A stretch of 36,254 nt of DNA from a virus (taxonomy: Duplodnaviria > Caudoviricetes), in IMG/VR virus record IMGVR_UViG_3300023223_000317, positions 1 through 36,254 of that record. One strand, given 5' to 3'. Shown here in pieces: positions 16,129 to 26,694 of the stretch. The notes beneath the pieces are model-generated. The model did not search any database. It was given only the letters and a program-made list of their open reading frames with translations, and was not told the DNA's origin. Both the position numbers and the translations under genes were made by a program. Numbering within the stretch: position 1 is the first letter of the stretch; each line of letters begins with the position of its first letter.

Positions 16129-16300
16129 TTGCAATCACGATAGTTTTAGCCTATAAATAGCATCATAAGGGATAGCTAAAAACTGTCCCTTTCCCCGACA
16201 ACCCTCTCCAGGGCCGGACATTGTACGAAGTATCTAGCAATGAGACCGGCAACGACAATCTCAAACCTAGTAATAACCCTTTATTAAGTTTGAGGATATT
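16129..16300 (+). promoter_or_regulatory. Capsid gene promoter and structured leader
   Basis: TTGCAA-17 nt-TATAAA; hairpin 16167-16191; GACAA in two further stem contexts (16197, 16254). Confidence 0.55.
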
Positions 16301-16303
16301 ACC

Positions 16304-17167
16304 ATGTCTTTTGAAATTACCACGGCATTTGTGGAACAGTTCGGTTCGAATATCGATCTGCTTTCACAGCAAAAAGATGCTCGTTTTGGCGGTAAGATTC
16401 GTATGGAATCGCAAACCGGCGAGACAGGCTTTTATGAACAGATCGGGCAAACGGCAGCGCAAGAGCGCACCAGCCGCCACTCCGACACACCACGTCTTGA
16501 TACCCCGCATGCTCGCCGTAAGGTGGTATTGCGCACCTTTGAATGGGCTGATTTGATTGATAAGGCGGATAAGGTCCGTATGTTGATCGACCCCACTTCA
16601 AGTTATGCGATGCAGGCTGTGATGGCGATGAATCGTTCACGCGATGACATTATCATTGAATCGGCCTTGGGTATTGCGTTTACTGGCAAGACAGGCGTTA
16701 CCCAGGTAGCTTTACCTGCTAGTCAGAAGATTGCAGCATCAGCAACGGGTCTAACCATTAACAAGCTGCGCAGTGCGGCTGAAATCCTGAACGCGAATGA
16801 TGTTGACTCTGATATTCGTCGTTACATGGCTATTACTTCAGCGCAATTGACTGATTTGCTGGAATCTACAGAGATTACCTCTGCCGATTTCAACACAGTT
16901 AAAGCTCTAGTGAACGGCCAGGTCAATGAGTTCATGGGCTTCACTTTCGTTCGTAGTGAGCGTTTAACCCTTGATAGCAATAGTGATCGTCAGGTCATCG
17001 CATGGGCTGAAGATGGCCTATTGCTGGCTCAGAGTTCACAAACCGTCAGCCGTATCACAGAGCGTGATGATAAGTCTTATTCTACCCAAGTGTTCCGTTC
17101 CGAAGATTTCGGTTCGACTCGCATGGAAGAAGATAAGGTTGTCGAAATCGCTTGTGTCGAAGCCTAA
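16304..17167 (+). CDS. Major capsid protein
   Basis: ITTAFVEQF..N..LL.QQK...RHSDTP...IDP.S.Y...GS.RMEE.KVV; follows scaffold. Confidence 0.95.
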   Translation: MSFEITTAFVEQFGSNIDLLSQQKDARFGGKIRMESQTGETGFYEQIGQTAAQERTSRHSDTPRLDTPHARRKVVLRTFEWADLIDKADKVRMLIDPTSSYAMQAVMAMNRSRDDIIIESALGIAFTGKTGVTQVALPASQKIAASATGLTINKLRSAAEILNANDVDSDIRRYMAITSAQLTDLLESTEITSADFNTVKALVNGQVNEFMGFTFVRSERLTLDSNSDRQVIAWAEDGLLLAQSSQTVSRITERDDKSYSTQVFRSEDFGSTRMEEDKVVEIACVEA

Positions 17168-17183
17168 TAAGGAGGAATGACCC

Positions 17184-17672
17184 ATGGCTGTTACTAACCA
17201 AAAAAGTGATCAGATCACTAATGTAGAAGCGTCACCTCCTGTACTGGAAGAGACGCACACGCTGGAAGGCGGTCACCGTATTGCTTTCTTTTCACATACA
17301 CAGGTCGGTGCAGGTGATGCTAACTCAGATATTGAGCTGGTTCAGTTGCCTGCTGGTAAGCTTCGTCTATTGACTCAGTTATCCCTAGTTGAGCATAACT
17401 GGACGGTTGCGACGGTTGACATGAACGTAGGCTTTGCTGCTCATACAGATCAGGATGGTTCGGCTGTTGTGGCTGATCCGAATGGTTTGGATGCGGCTAT
17501 CGATGTAGAAGTGGCGGGTACGTTTACGCCAGGGTCTGCATTGGCGGCTGGTACAGGTCTCACCCAAGTCTTCAGTACGCAGAGCGGTGTAACACTAACC
17601 GCTCAGGCTATTGCTGCCGGACTGAACGATGGCGACACTGTCCAAGGCTACTTTGTCTACGTTTTAGACTAA
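17184..17672 (+). CDS. Capsid decoration or cement-like protein
   Basis: TAAGGAGG SD; immediately after capsid; ends in YVLD. Confidence 0.75.
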   Translation: MAVTNQKSDQITNVEASPPVLEETHTLEGGHRIAFFSHTQVGAGDANSDIELVQLPAGKLRLLTQLSLVEHNWTVATVDMNVGFAAHTDQDGSAVVADPNGLDAAIDVEVAGTFTPGSALAAGTGLTQVFSTQSGVTLTAQAIAAGLNDGDTVQGYFVYVLD

Positions 17673-17696
17673 TTCCGGCTCCCCCTTCGCTGGATA

Positions 17697-17716
17697 GGGG
17701 GGGCTTCGGCTCCCCC
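17697..17716 (+). terminator. GC-rich UUCG hairpin after the capsid genes (weak terminator or stabilising stem)
   Basis: GGGGGGC-TTCG-GCTCCCC; no U-tract follows. Confidence 0.45.
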
Positions 17717-17732
17717 GCACTAGGAGTTATTT

Positions 17733-18314
17733 ATGACCTCTGAGGTTGGCATTTGTAATAACGCCTTAGTCGAACTAGGCGAAGACCCAATTCTTTCATT
17801 AACAGAAGATTCTAAGCCTGCTCGTTTATGTAATTTAGTCTATAAGCCAATGCGCGATGATCTATTGCGTACTCATTTCTGGAACTTTGCTGTCAAACGT
17901 GTAGAGCTGGCAAAGACCATTAACATCCCTGTTTTCGGCTTTGATAACGAATATCAATTGCCGTCTGATACTATCCGTGTAGTTCGCACAGAAGACAATC
18001 ATGTCATCCGCTCTCAAGGTCATCATGTAGATTTCCGTATTGAGGGCGATAAGCTGCTATCTGATGACGATACAGTGAAGATTGAATACATCGCTCGTAT
18101 AGTCGACCCTAATCTATTTGATGCTAATTTCACAGAAACGCTGTCTTTAAAGATTGCTGATAAAATTGCCTATAATCTATCTGATAACAACACATTGATA
18201 GGGATTGTCCGGGCAAAACTTGTGGATAAGTTGAAGCAGGCTAAGTCTGCTGATGGTCAAGAAGGTATTCCCTATGGTGTTGAGGCTGATATTTGGCTGA
18301 ATGTGAGAGCGTAA
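17733..18314 (+). CDS. Tail adaptor (tail tubular protein A-like)
   Basis: ICNNALVELG...HFWNFAVKR...YQLPSD. Confidence 0.9.
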   Translation: MTSEVGICNNALVELGEDPILSLTEDSKPARLCNLVYKPMRDDLLRTHFWNFAVKRVELAKTINIPVFGFDNEYQLPSDTIRVVRTEDNHVIRSQGHHVDFRIEGDKLLSDDDTVKIEYIARIVDPNLFDANFTETLSLKIADKIAYNLSDNNTLIGIVRAKLVDKLKQAKSADGQEGIPYGVEADIWLNVRA

Positions 18315-18315
18315 T

Positions 18316-20355
18316 ATGCCAAAAGCTGCACCGATACAAACAAACTTTACCGCCGGTGAGCTTAGTCCGCGACTTGAAGGCCGTGTTGATGTTGCCAAAT
18401 ATTTTAATGGTGTCCGTACCTTAAAGAATTTCACGGTAAGCGCCCATGGCGGTGCTGTTCGTCGTGGTGGTACAAAGTTTGTCGATACTGCCAAGGCGGG
18501 CAAGGTTCGATTAATCCCTTTTCAATTCTCTATAACCCAAGCCTATATATTAGAATTTGGCGCGGGTTATGCTCGATTTTACCGCAATCAGACTCAATTG
18601 GATTCAGGAGCTTTCGCCGCGGCCTTTGCACCGGCTTTCTCGGTTGATGCTATTACAGAAATAGTTCTGCCTTATCTCGAATCGGAGTTATTTGAGCTCC
18701 AATTTGTTCAATCTGCTGATGTTTTATTTCTTGTTCATCGGAATCATCCCCCTCGGACTATTTCGCGTATATCTGATGCCGTATGGCTTACAGAAGAAAT
18801 CACGTTTATTAACGGGCCTTATCAGGATGAAAACACTACAGTCACCACAATGACGCCCAGTGCGACTACTGGTAACGGAATCACCATTACTGCCACAACT
18901 GATGAATTTGTGTCTACTGATGTAGGACGTTTGATTAGAATTGATGAAGGCGCAGACTTTGGTTATTCACTCATCGTAGGATTTACCAGCGCTACAGTGG
19001 TTACGGCTGATGTAATCGATGACTTTGTTTCTACTGCCGGACAGACTACATGGCGACTGGGTGCATGGAGTGAAACAACGGGTTTCCCTGGATCAACGGC
19101 ATTCTTTGAACAGCGCAAAGTGTATGCGGGATCTACCGATCAGCCTCAGACTGTATGGGGCTCAGCTTCAGATATCTATGATGAGTTTGGTCCAGGCACT
19201 GAAGATGATGATCCTTACACTTACACGATAGTCACTGATCAAATCAATGCTATTCAATGGCTCTCTCCAGGCAAGTCTTTGACAGTTGGTACATTGGGTG
19301 GCGAATTCCTAATGTCGGCCTCTAATCGTGATGAGGCCATCACTCCAAGCAATATCAAGATTGTCCGTCAGTCCGAGTATGGCAGCACTCGTATTATGCC
19401 GGTCCGCTCTAATGGCGTGGTGTTATTCCCTCAACGATCAACCAAGAAGATCAGGCAGTTTGTTTATCAATTCGAAACAGATACCTATATTGCCCCTGAT
19501 ATGAGCTTATTAAGTGAGCATATCACCGGTACAGGTCTCATAGAGCTTGACTATCAGCGCGACCCTGACTCGATTGTATGGATGGTCCGTAAAGATGGCA
19601 CATTGCTAGGCATGACATTTGAGCGTGAGCAAGACGTTACCGCTTGGCATCGTCACACACTAGGCGGTTTCTCTGACGCTATTAGCACCCAAGCACAAGT
19701 TGAGAGTGTGGCAGTTATACCCGGCTCAGATAATCGGGACGAAACATGGGTATCTGTTAAGCGGTTCGTGAATGGGCTTACTGTTCGGCATCTGGAGATA
19801 ATTTCCAAAGGCCGGGACAATATTAACCCTGTCGATAATGATGACTTTTTTGTTGATTCCGGACTGACATTTTCAGGCGCTCCATCCACGGTGATTTCTA
19901 ATCTGGATCATCTTGAGGGTGAAACTGTATCGATATTGGCTGATGGCGCTGTTGAGCCGAATCAAGTAGTTACTGGCGGACAGATTACCTTGAATGATTC
20001 GGCCAGTGTTGTGCAGGTTGGTCTGCCTTATGTATCTGACCTGGAGACTATGCGATTAGAGGCAGGCTCGGCCAATGGTACATCACAAGGTAAAATTAAG
20101 CGGATAAGCCATGTTACAATCAGGTTCTTTGAAACATTGGGTGGTAAAATAGGGCCAAATGCGAATAAATTGGACATTATCCCTTTCAGAAGTACGGCAG
20201 ATCCAATGGATAGCGCACCACCGAGAAAAACCGATGACATTAAGCAGCCATTTAATAGTGGTTACGAAGAAGAAGGTCGGATATTCATCAGACAAGATCA
20301 GCCTTTACCGATGACTATTCTTAGTTTAATGCCACTAGTGAGGACGAACGGATAA
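18316..20355 (+). CDS. Tail nozzle (tail tubular protein B-like)
   Basis: QTNFTAGELSP...RRGGTKFV...AWHRH...QDQPLPMTIL. Confidence 0.92.
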   Translation: MPKAAPIQTNFTAGELSPRLEGRVDVAKYFNGVRTLKNFTVSAHGGAVRRGGTKFVDTAKAGKVRLIPFQFSITQAYILEFGAGYARFYRNQTQLDSGAFAAAFAPAFSVDAITEIVLPYLESELFELQFVQSADVLFLVHRNHPPRTISRISDAVWLTEEITFINGPYQDENTTVTTMTPSATTGNGITITATTDEFVSTDVGRLIRIDEGADFGYSLIVGFTSATVVTADVIDDFVSTAGQTTWRLGAWSETTGFPGSTAFFEQRKVYAGSTDQPQTVWGSASDIYDEFGPGTEDDDPYTYTIVTDQINAIQWLSPGKSLTVGTLGGEFLMSASNRDEAITPSNIKIVRQSEYGSTRIMPVRSNGVVLFPQRSTKKIRQFVYQFETDTYIAPDMSLLSEHITGTGLIELDYQRDPDSIVWMVRKDGTLLGMTFEREQDVTAWHRHTLGGFSDAISTQAQVESVAVIPGSDNRDETWVSVKRFVNGLTVRHLEIISKGRDNINPVDNDDFFVDSGLTFSGAPSTVISNLDHLEGETVSILADGAVEPNQVVTGGQITLNDSASVVQVGLPYVSDLETMRLEAGSANGTSQGKIKRISHVTIRFFETLGGKIGPNANKLDIIPFRSTADPMDSAPPRKTDDIKQPFNSGYEEEGRIFIRQDQPLPMTILSLMPLVRTNG

Positions 20356-20356
20356 A

Positions 20357-20758
20357 ATGTGTACAGGTGCTGAGATTGGATTAATTGCTGGAGCCGGAGC
20401 CGGAGTATTTGGAGATATCCAAGGTTCTAGGGCTCAGGCTGCCACACTAAAACGTGATGCCGAACTTACTAAATTACAAAGCCAGTTCGAATTACAGAAG
20501 CTTGTCCGGACTAAAGAGCGTGTTAAAGGTGCGCAAGTAGTAGCAGCCACCAAGGGTGGTGTTGCAATATCTGGTTCAGTATTGGAAGTCATGCAACAAT
20601 CAGCGGCTGATGCTGAGCTTGAGGCATTAAATATTAAGTTTGGTGCAGAGGCAGGGTTCCAGGCGCGTCAGTTTGAAGCCAAACAGGTTAAAAAGGCGGG
20701 TAAAATAAGAGCTGGTGGACGTTTATTAACTGCCGGTGCCACATTTTTAGATAGGTGA
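20357..20758 (+). CDS. Small internal virion (ejection) protein
   Basis: MC start with Gly/Ala-rich N-terminus; GV.ISGS motif; position after nozzle. Confidence 0.8.
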   Translation: MCTGAEIGLIAGAGAGVFGDIQGSRAQAATLKRDAELTKLQSQFELQKLVRTKERVKGAQVVAATKGGVAISGSVLEVMQQSAADAELEALNIKFGAEAGFQARQFEAKQVKKAGKIRAGGRLLTAGATFLDR

Positions 20759-20761
20759 TCA

Positions 20762-23080
20762 ATGCCCAAAATACCTCAATTTCAAGCTGATACACGATTA
20801 AGGACCGGTGGTGCGTCTATCAGCCCCGGCGCTGCTGGTGCTGTGAGTCAGGCTGTTTCGGGGCTTGCCACTACAGTCACAAGCATAGCTACAGCCGCTG
20901 TTAACCGTCAACGGGATGCAGAAGACGCGGCTTTTGCTACAGAGCAAAGTAATTCACTGTCTCGTCGATGGACTGAGCGACAAATAGAACTTGAGCAATC
21001 CGGTGAAGATGTTGATCTTGAAGGGCTGAAGAAAGAATACGACGATGATGTGGCCGCCACTTTAAAGAACGCGCCAAGTGATCGTGTATCAGCCTCATTG
21101 AAACGAACCTTTGATAACAACTTCAGCAATAAAGTATTTCCTTCCATGGCTCGGCATCAGGCCGGGAGGAATGTTGAGAAGCGTGTGTCCTCAGTTAATA
21201 CGGCCCTGGATGACATTAACTCAGAAGTCTTAACAGGTCGTACTGATATCACAGAGGCATTAGCTAGGGCTGAATCGGCTATTGTGGGCCTTGAACAGAC
21301 TACCGGCGGTGTTGTTGATACGGCCAAGTTGAGAGAATCGACCCGCAATGATATAGGTCGAAACGCCTTATCTTCGCTGATGGAGTCTGATCCACAAGAA
21401 GCTTTAAGTCAGATGAATGCCGGGGATTGGGATAAATTTACTAGCGCTGAAGATTTAAAGTTCCTGCGTAAATCGGCAAAGAAAAATATTGCGGACAATG
21501 CATCTATTGCACAAAAACAACAGGCCGCATCGAATGCGTTGCTTGCCTCTGATCTTGAGATTAGCGTTAACCGCAATGAAGCCACGTTTAAAGATATTGA
21601 CGACGCCCTTAAAAAGGGAATAATTACTCCGGCCAAGCGTACTCAATTAGTTAAATCCTTGGATGCTGAATCGTTAAAGTTAAGAGATGAAGCGAATATT
21701 CTCAGTAAAGTGCGGTTGTCTTTAGGTGCTGGAATACCGCTTGACCCTACGTCTACAGAGGACAAGGAAGGCGTTGATCTGATGTGGAATGAATTGGCCC
21801 CGAGTTATTCTGAACTGCCTGCTGATGAATTCTCTGCCAAAGCTGTAGATTTTATCAAACAGACCAATATTCTACCAGCTACCCTTAAAGGCTCAATTGC
21901 TGCATTCAGTCGATCAGGCGATACAGGGCAAGCCATGCAAGCGGCTGACCTGGTAGGGCGTATGGTTGAAGAAGCCTTACCGGCTGTTAATGATCTAACC
22001 GATGAAACAAAGGCTCAGAGCCTGATGATCATGGACCAAGTGAGAAGTGGTATCGCGCCAGGTAAAGCGATTGAAAACGCCCGAACAGCAACCTTTGGGC
22101 TAGTAGAAAGTGAGAAAGCTGTTATCAGGGAGCAATCCCGAATTGCCGCACCTGATTTAAAGAGCAGTCTTGATACTTTTGTTGATCAGACCTTTGATCC
22201 GTCCAACATCCCGTTCTTTGGCGAAGAGCCTGACGTTACCCCCGCCATGCTGGGTGAATACCGTGTTTCATTTGATCGTTTTATGCAATTAACCCGTGGT
22301 GATATTGAACAGTCTCAGAAATTAGCCTTTCAGGGAATTACTAAGGTATGGGGTGTGACCGAAGTTGGGGGTGAATCTCGCTTCATGAAGTATGCCCCTG
22401 AGTCTGTTTATCGTATCCCGGGGGTAGATAATCAGTGGATGGAGAATCAATTCAACGAGGAAATGGCTTTGCTGGGCGCAGAAGGTGCTATTTTAGCAAC
22501 AAATTCTGACGTTGCTCGATCTGAAAAACCGGCATATCCTATTTTGGTTCCTAATGAAGATGGATTAATTGAGCCTTTCACAGATGAAAATAATGTAGGA
22601 CAGACATGGCAGCCTGATTTTAAGCTTACGCTGGAATTTGAAGAGTTGAATGAAACTCCTTCGCCGGTCGAAGAAGCCAAGAAGCAACGAACTTTTAACC
22701 AGCAGCGGCGACAGGTTCATGTAAAGAGCATGGTGGAGACTCGCGTTAGAGGTGCGTTACCGTTTGAGATAAGGCTTGATATTGAATCGGATCGGGCCCG
22801 TGAACAGGCTGTCAATACTGTTGGCAACCTATTATCTGCTGAAAGAATCAACGGCCAAGAGGCTAAGCAGTATCTTGAATTGAGAGGGTTGGAATTTACC
22901 GAGCAAATGCAGGCCGTTATCGATAAGCAAAAGGGCGGCCGGGCAGCAAAAGCACAGTTCAGAAAAGAGCGTGAAGCAGCAGCCGCATTAGCCCGTGCAG
23001 AGTTTGTTGATGTTATAGGCGCTCCCGGTAGAGCTATAGCCAGAACCACTAAAGCCTTGCAAACATTGAGCAAAGAATAA
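20762..23080 (+). CDS. Internal virion (ejection) protein
   Basis: MPKIP start, 772 aa, mostly helical; position. Confidence 0.8.
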   Translation: MPKIPQFQADTRLRTGGASISPGAAGAVSQAVSGLATTVTSIATAAVNRQRDAEDAAFATEQSNSLSRRWTERQIELEQSGEDVDLEGLKKEYDDDVAATLKNAPSDRVSASLKRTFDNNFSNKVFPSMARHQAGRNVEKRVSSVNTALDDINSEVLTGRTDITEALARAESAIVGLEQTTGGVVDTAKLRESTRNDIGRNALSSLMESDPQEALSQMNAGDWDKFTSAEDLKFLRKSAKKNIADNASIAQKQQAASNALLASDLEISVNRNEATFKDIDDALKKGIITPAKRTQLVKSLDAESLKLRDEANILSKVRLSLGAGIPLDPTSTEDKEGVDLMWNELAPSYSELPADEFSAKAVDFIKQTNILPATLKGSIAAFSRSGDTGQAMQAADLVGRMVEEALPAVNDLTDETKAQSLMIMDQVRSGIAPGKAIENARTATFGLVESEKAVIREQSRIAAPDLKSSLDTFVDQTFDPSNIPFFGEEPDVTPAMLGEYRVSFDRFMQLTRGDIEQSQKLAFQGITKVWGVTEVGGESRFMKYAPESVYRIPGVDNQWMENQFNEEMALLGAEGAILATNSDVARSEKPAYPILVPNEDGLIEPFTDENNVGQTWQPDFKLTLEFEELNETPSPVEEAKKQRTFNQQRRQVHVKSMVETRVRGALPFEIRLDIESDRAREQAVNTVGNLLSAERINGQEAKQYLELRGLEFTEQMQAVIDKQKGGRAAKAQFRKEREAAAALARAEFVDVIGAPGRAIARTTKALQTLSKE

Positions 23081-26000
23081 TGCCTATCATCCCTGAGACT
23101 CAAGTGGCTGGCATTAACCCGATCCAGACTTTACCGAATCAGGAAGACCCCGTATTGGTTCAAGAAGACTCGCCTTCGGTATCTGAGGTCTTTGGTGCGG
23201 CTTTTCGACAGGAAAATACATTAGTCTCATGGGCTTCAAATAACCTTAGCCTGTCCGGCGAAAATGAACCTGTTGATGGCTATGACGCCTTGGATGATGT
23301 TGAAGGTTATGAGATGTTCGCTCAAAACTTCATTGAATCCAATAACCCAGGCATGACTTCGCGTATTAAAGAACAAATTGATTTAGAGCAGCAGGACAAA
23401 CAAACATTAGCCGCCGGCGGTGTTACAGGCTTTGTGGCTCAAGTCGCCGCTGGCATATCTGATCCTATGTATTGGCCTTTATTGGCTATTCCCGGTGGTG
23501 CGGCTATTCGTACCAGTAAAACGATAGGACAAGCCAGTAGAAGAGTCGCGGCAATAGGCGGTATATCAGAAATCCCAGCAGAGGCCGCAAAACAGTACAC
23601 ACAGGAAACTCGCACAGTTGGTGAGAGTCTTGCCATCATTGCAGGCGCAACGGCTCTATCTGGCATTCTAGGCGGTGCGGTGAAGTCCCTATCAAAGCAG
23701 GAATATAAATCGATTTCCAAAAAGGTCGATGATTTACTGCAAAATGACGAGCCAGAGCTTGTTACCGGCAATATGCAGAGTATGGGCGCGGCCAGAGTTA
23801 GGGAATTGACACAAGAGGAATTGGAGCTTGTGCCGGTTGCAGGACTTGAGAGCTTAGGCGTATCCCCGGTGCTTAGATCATCAACTTCTCCCTCTGTATC
23901 AACACGTCAAACTAATGCAAACATGATGGAATCCCCCTTTGTTACCAAGGGTAACGTGGAAGGTGTAACGGTTGTACCCGAGGGCGGTGCTGTAGAGACT
24001 CGCATTAAGCTATGGGATGCAGGGCTAGCTCAAGGTATCGAGAAGATTGATGAACTTTATACAGCGTATCGAAGTGGGCTGAAGGGCGTTAAGCGTATTG
24101 TTAATGATTATGTGATGCGGAATCGAGCGGGCGCATTAACGGCTAAAGAATTTAGAGAAGAAGTCGGTCGGACTATGCGCCGGGGCGATGTATCAGATAT
24201 TCCCGAAGTACAGCAAGCGGCTGAGTTTTTCCGCAAAAATGTCTTTGACCCCATGAAAGACGCAGCGATCAAACAGAAGTTACTACCACCTGATGTGGAT
24301 GTGGCAACAGCTGTATCCTATTTAACCCGTGTTTACAATACGACCAAGATAGCCGCTAAGCGGGGTGAATGGGACTCTGTTGTTGAGGGTTGGCTAGGTC
24401 GTATACGTGGCCGTGCGATCGCTGACGTTGAGGTAAGAAAAGTTGAAGCTGAAAAACAGATACCAGATGAATTTATTGAATCTGATATTTCTACATTGGA
24501 TCTTCTTGATAGAGACATTATTGATCGGCTCCCTGAATTTCAGCAAGATGCGGTCAAAGATTTTTCAGGGATCGGGTCGATTCAGATAAATAAAAAGCTT
24601 CGAGCAGGCGAAGACCCTAGAAGTCGTAGACTTTTAGGCAGTACCGAAGGGCTTGATTTTGCTATAGAAGAAGCTCCATTACCCTCTGATGTTAGACTTT
24701 TTAGAAAAATTGATGGTGCTGATGTGCCAGAGCTAAAAGAAAATCTTGCTGGGAAAACTTTTACAGATAAAGGCTATTTATCTACTAGCACAAAAGAAGA
24801 AGTAATACGAAAATTTGATGATAGTTTTGAAGGCGAAGCTAAAACTCTTAAGGAGCCAGTAATATTTAAAATTAATGCCGCCAAAGGGGAAGACGCACTG
24901 CCTTTGCCGGGTGCGGAAAAGGAAGTCTTATTACCAAGAAATGCTGTCCTGAATGTAGTTTCAGATGAGATTATAAAAGGGGAAAGAGTAATAGTTGCAA
25001 ATTATGGAGCTCCCAAAATTGGATTAAAGAAAACAAAAGCCCCAAGGATTTCTGCCTCTCTGGTCGAACAGGCAGAAATGTCAGATATAACGATCAAAGC
25101 CATTGCTGATGATATTACTAATGCCATTATGGGCAATGCTTCCGGGCGCATTCCTTATGAGATCATTCCCAATGTTCGTGGCCCACTGAAAGAGCGTACC
25201 TTCAATATCCCTGATGAGCTGATTGAGGACTTCCTGGAGTCTGATGTTGATTTGGTTGCGCGTCAATATACCCGGACTATGGCCCCTGATATTGAATTGA
25301 ATCGCATGTTCGGAAGTTCAGATTTAGCTCAGCAAGTTGAAGACATTGCATCCAGCTATAAACCTTTGATTGATAAGGCGAAAACAGAAAAGGACAGAAT
25401 TAAGCTCAAGAAACGCATGGAAGGTGATATTCGTGATATTGAAGCTATGCGTGATATGTTGCGCGGGACTTATCGAGTACCAGAAGATCCTGATTCGTTC
25501 TTTATTCGCGCCGGTAGAACTTTAAGGGATGTTAATTTCGTCCGCATGTTGGGTGGCATGACCATATCAGCAATACCAGACCTTGCTAGGCCCATTGCGG
25601 TTAATGGTTTACGGCCAGTAGCCAGAGGATTAAAGGCGTTGGCATTCTCTGGTGAAAAGTTCAAAATGGCTAAAGCTGAAGCCAAGAAAAATGCAATCGG
25701 CCTAGATATGGTGATTAATTCACGTGTGTCTTCATTGGCTGATATTACTGATATTTATAACCGGGCAACTCCGTTTGAGCGTGGCTTAAGGGCTATGTCT
25801 GATGTGTTTGGCAAAATGACCTTAATGAGTCAGTGGAATGCCGGTCTAAAGCAGTTTGTAGGTGTTGTCACTCAAGACAGAATACTGGAAGAGTCAATCA
25901 AGTTAGCTGCCGGTAAAGCCTCTAAAAACTCTATTCGTCGATTGGCAACAAGCGGTATCGATAAAGAGCTGGCAAAACGTATAGCAAGAGAGTTCAAAAA

Positions 26001-26694
26001 GCACGGCACAGATGGAGATGTTAAACTGTCTAACGGGCATTTATGGATTGATGATCAAGAGGCTATGGAGGCCCTAAAGGCTGCTGTACTGAAAGATGTT
26101 GATAGGGCCATAATTACACCAGGCAAAGGTGAAAAACCGCTGTGGACCAGCTCAGAGACAGGAAAGATGGTATTCCAGTTCAAGAGCTTTGCCGCTTCAG
26201 CTCATCAAAAGATATTAATTGCTGATTTGCAGCATCGAGATGCACAGGCTTTGAGTGGGTTCCTAATGTCTGTAGCCCTTGGCTCAGCTAGTTACGGAAT
26301 GAAAGAATTCGTTGCAGGGCGTGAAATATCTGATGATCCGAGTAAAATACTCGTAGAGTCGCTGGATAGATCAGGGGCTTTCGGTTATTTTTGGGATACG
26401 AACAACATTATTGAGAAGATGACCCGTGGTGAGGTAGGTGTTAATAAGCTGATTGGTGCACCTCCTATGTCACGTTATCAGTCACGCAATATATTAGGGT
26501 CGTTACTTGGGCCTTCAGTCGGTACAGTCCAGGATATAGCGCAAATAACCGGAGCTATATCGACCGGTGAGATTGGTAAAAGTGAAATTCGTAAAATTAG
26601 GCGATTATTACCGATGCAGAATTTATTTTATATGCGTCAATTATTAACTGAATTAGAAGACAAAACAGCAGAATCATTAGGAGTGCAGCAATGA
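23080..26694 (+). CDS. Large internal virion protein with an inserted ADP-ribosyltransferase domain
   Basis: Ejection-protein motifs (AAFRQENT, YLTRVYN, QFKSF, LLP.QN) plus ART motifs R542, S568-T-S570 and E613-K-E615. Confidence 0.88.
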   Translation: MPIIPETQVAGINPIQTLPNQEDPVLVQEDSPSVSEVFGAAFRQENTLVSWASNNLSLSGENEPVDGYDALDDVEGYEMFAQNFIESNNPGMTSRIKEQIDLEQQDKQTLAAGGVTGFVAQVAAGISDPMYWPLLAIPGGAAIRTSKTIGQASRRVAAIGGISEIPAEAAKQYTQETRTVGESLAIIAGATALSGILGGAVKSLSKQEYKSISKKVDDLLQNDEPELVTGNMQSMGAARVRELTQEELELVPVAGLESLGVSPVLRSSTSPSVSTRQTNANMMESPFVTKGNVEGVTVVPEGGAVETRIKLWDAGLAQGIEKIDELYTAYRSGLKGVKRIVNDYVMRNRAGALTAKEFREEVGRTMRRGDVSDIPEVQQAAEFFRKNVFDPMKDAAIKQKLLPPDVDVATAVSYLTRVYNTTKIAAKRGEWDSVVEGWLGRIRGRAIADVEVRKVEAEKQIPDEFIESDISTLDLLDRDIIDRLPEFQQDAVKDFSGIGSIQINKKLRAGEDPRSRRLLGSTEGLDFAIEEAPLPSDVRLFRKIDGADVPELKENLAGKTFTDKGYLSTSTKEEVIRKFDDSFEGEAKTLKEPVIFKINAAKGEDALPLPGAEKEVLLPRNAVLNVVSDEIIKGERVIVANYGAPKIGLKKTKAPRISASLVEQAEMSDITIKAIADDITNAIMGNASGRIPYEIIPNVRGPLKERTFNIPDELIEDFLESDVDLVARQYTRTMAPDIELNRMFGSSDLAQQVEDIASSYKPLIDKAKTEKDRIKLKKRMEGDIRDIEAMRDMLRGTYRVPEDPDSFFIRAGRTLRDVNFVRMLGGMTISAIPDLARPIAVNGLRPVARGLKALAFSGEKFKMAKAEAKKNAIGLDMVINSRVSSLADITDIYNRATPFERGLRAMSDVFGKMTLMSQWNAGLKQFVGVVTQDRILEESIKLAAGKASKNSIRRLATSGIDKELAKRIAREFKKHGTDGDVKLSNGHLWIDDQEAMEALKAAVLKDVDRAIITPGKGEKPLWTSSETGKMVFQFKSFAASAHQKILIADLQHRDAQALSGFLMSVALGSASYGMKEFVAGREISDDPSKILVESLDRSGAFGYFWDTNNIIEKMTRGEVGVNKLIGAPPMSRYQSRNILGSLLGPSVGTVQDIAQITGAISTGEIGKSEIRKIRRLLPMQNLFYMRQLLTELEDKTAESLGVQQ

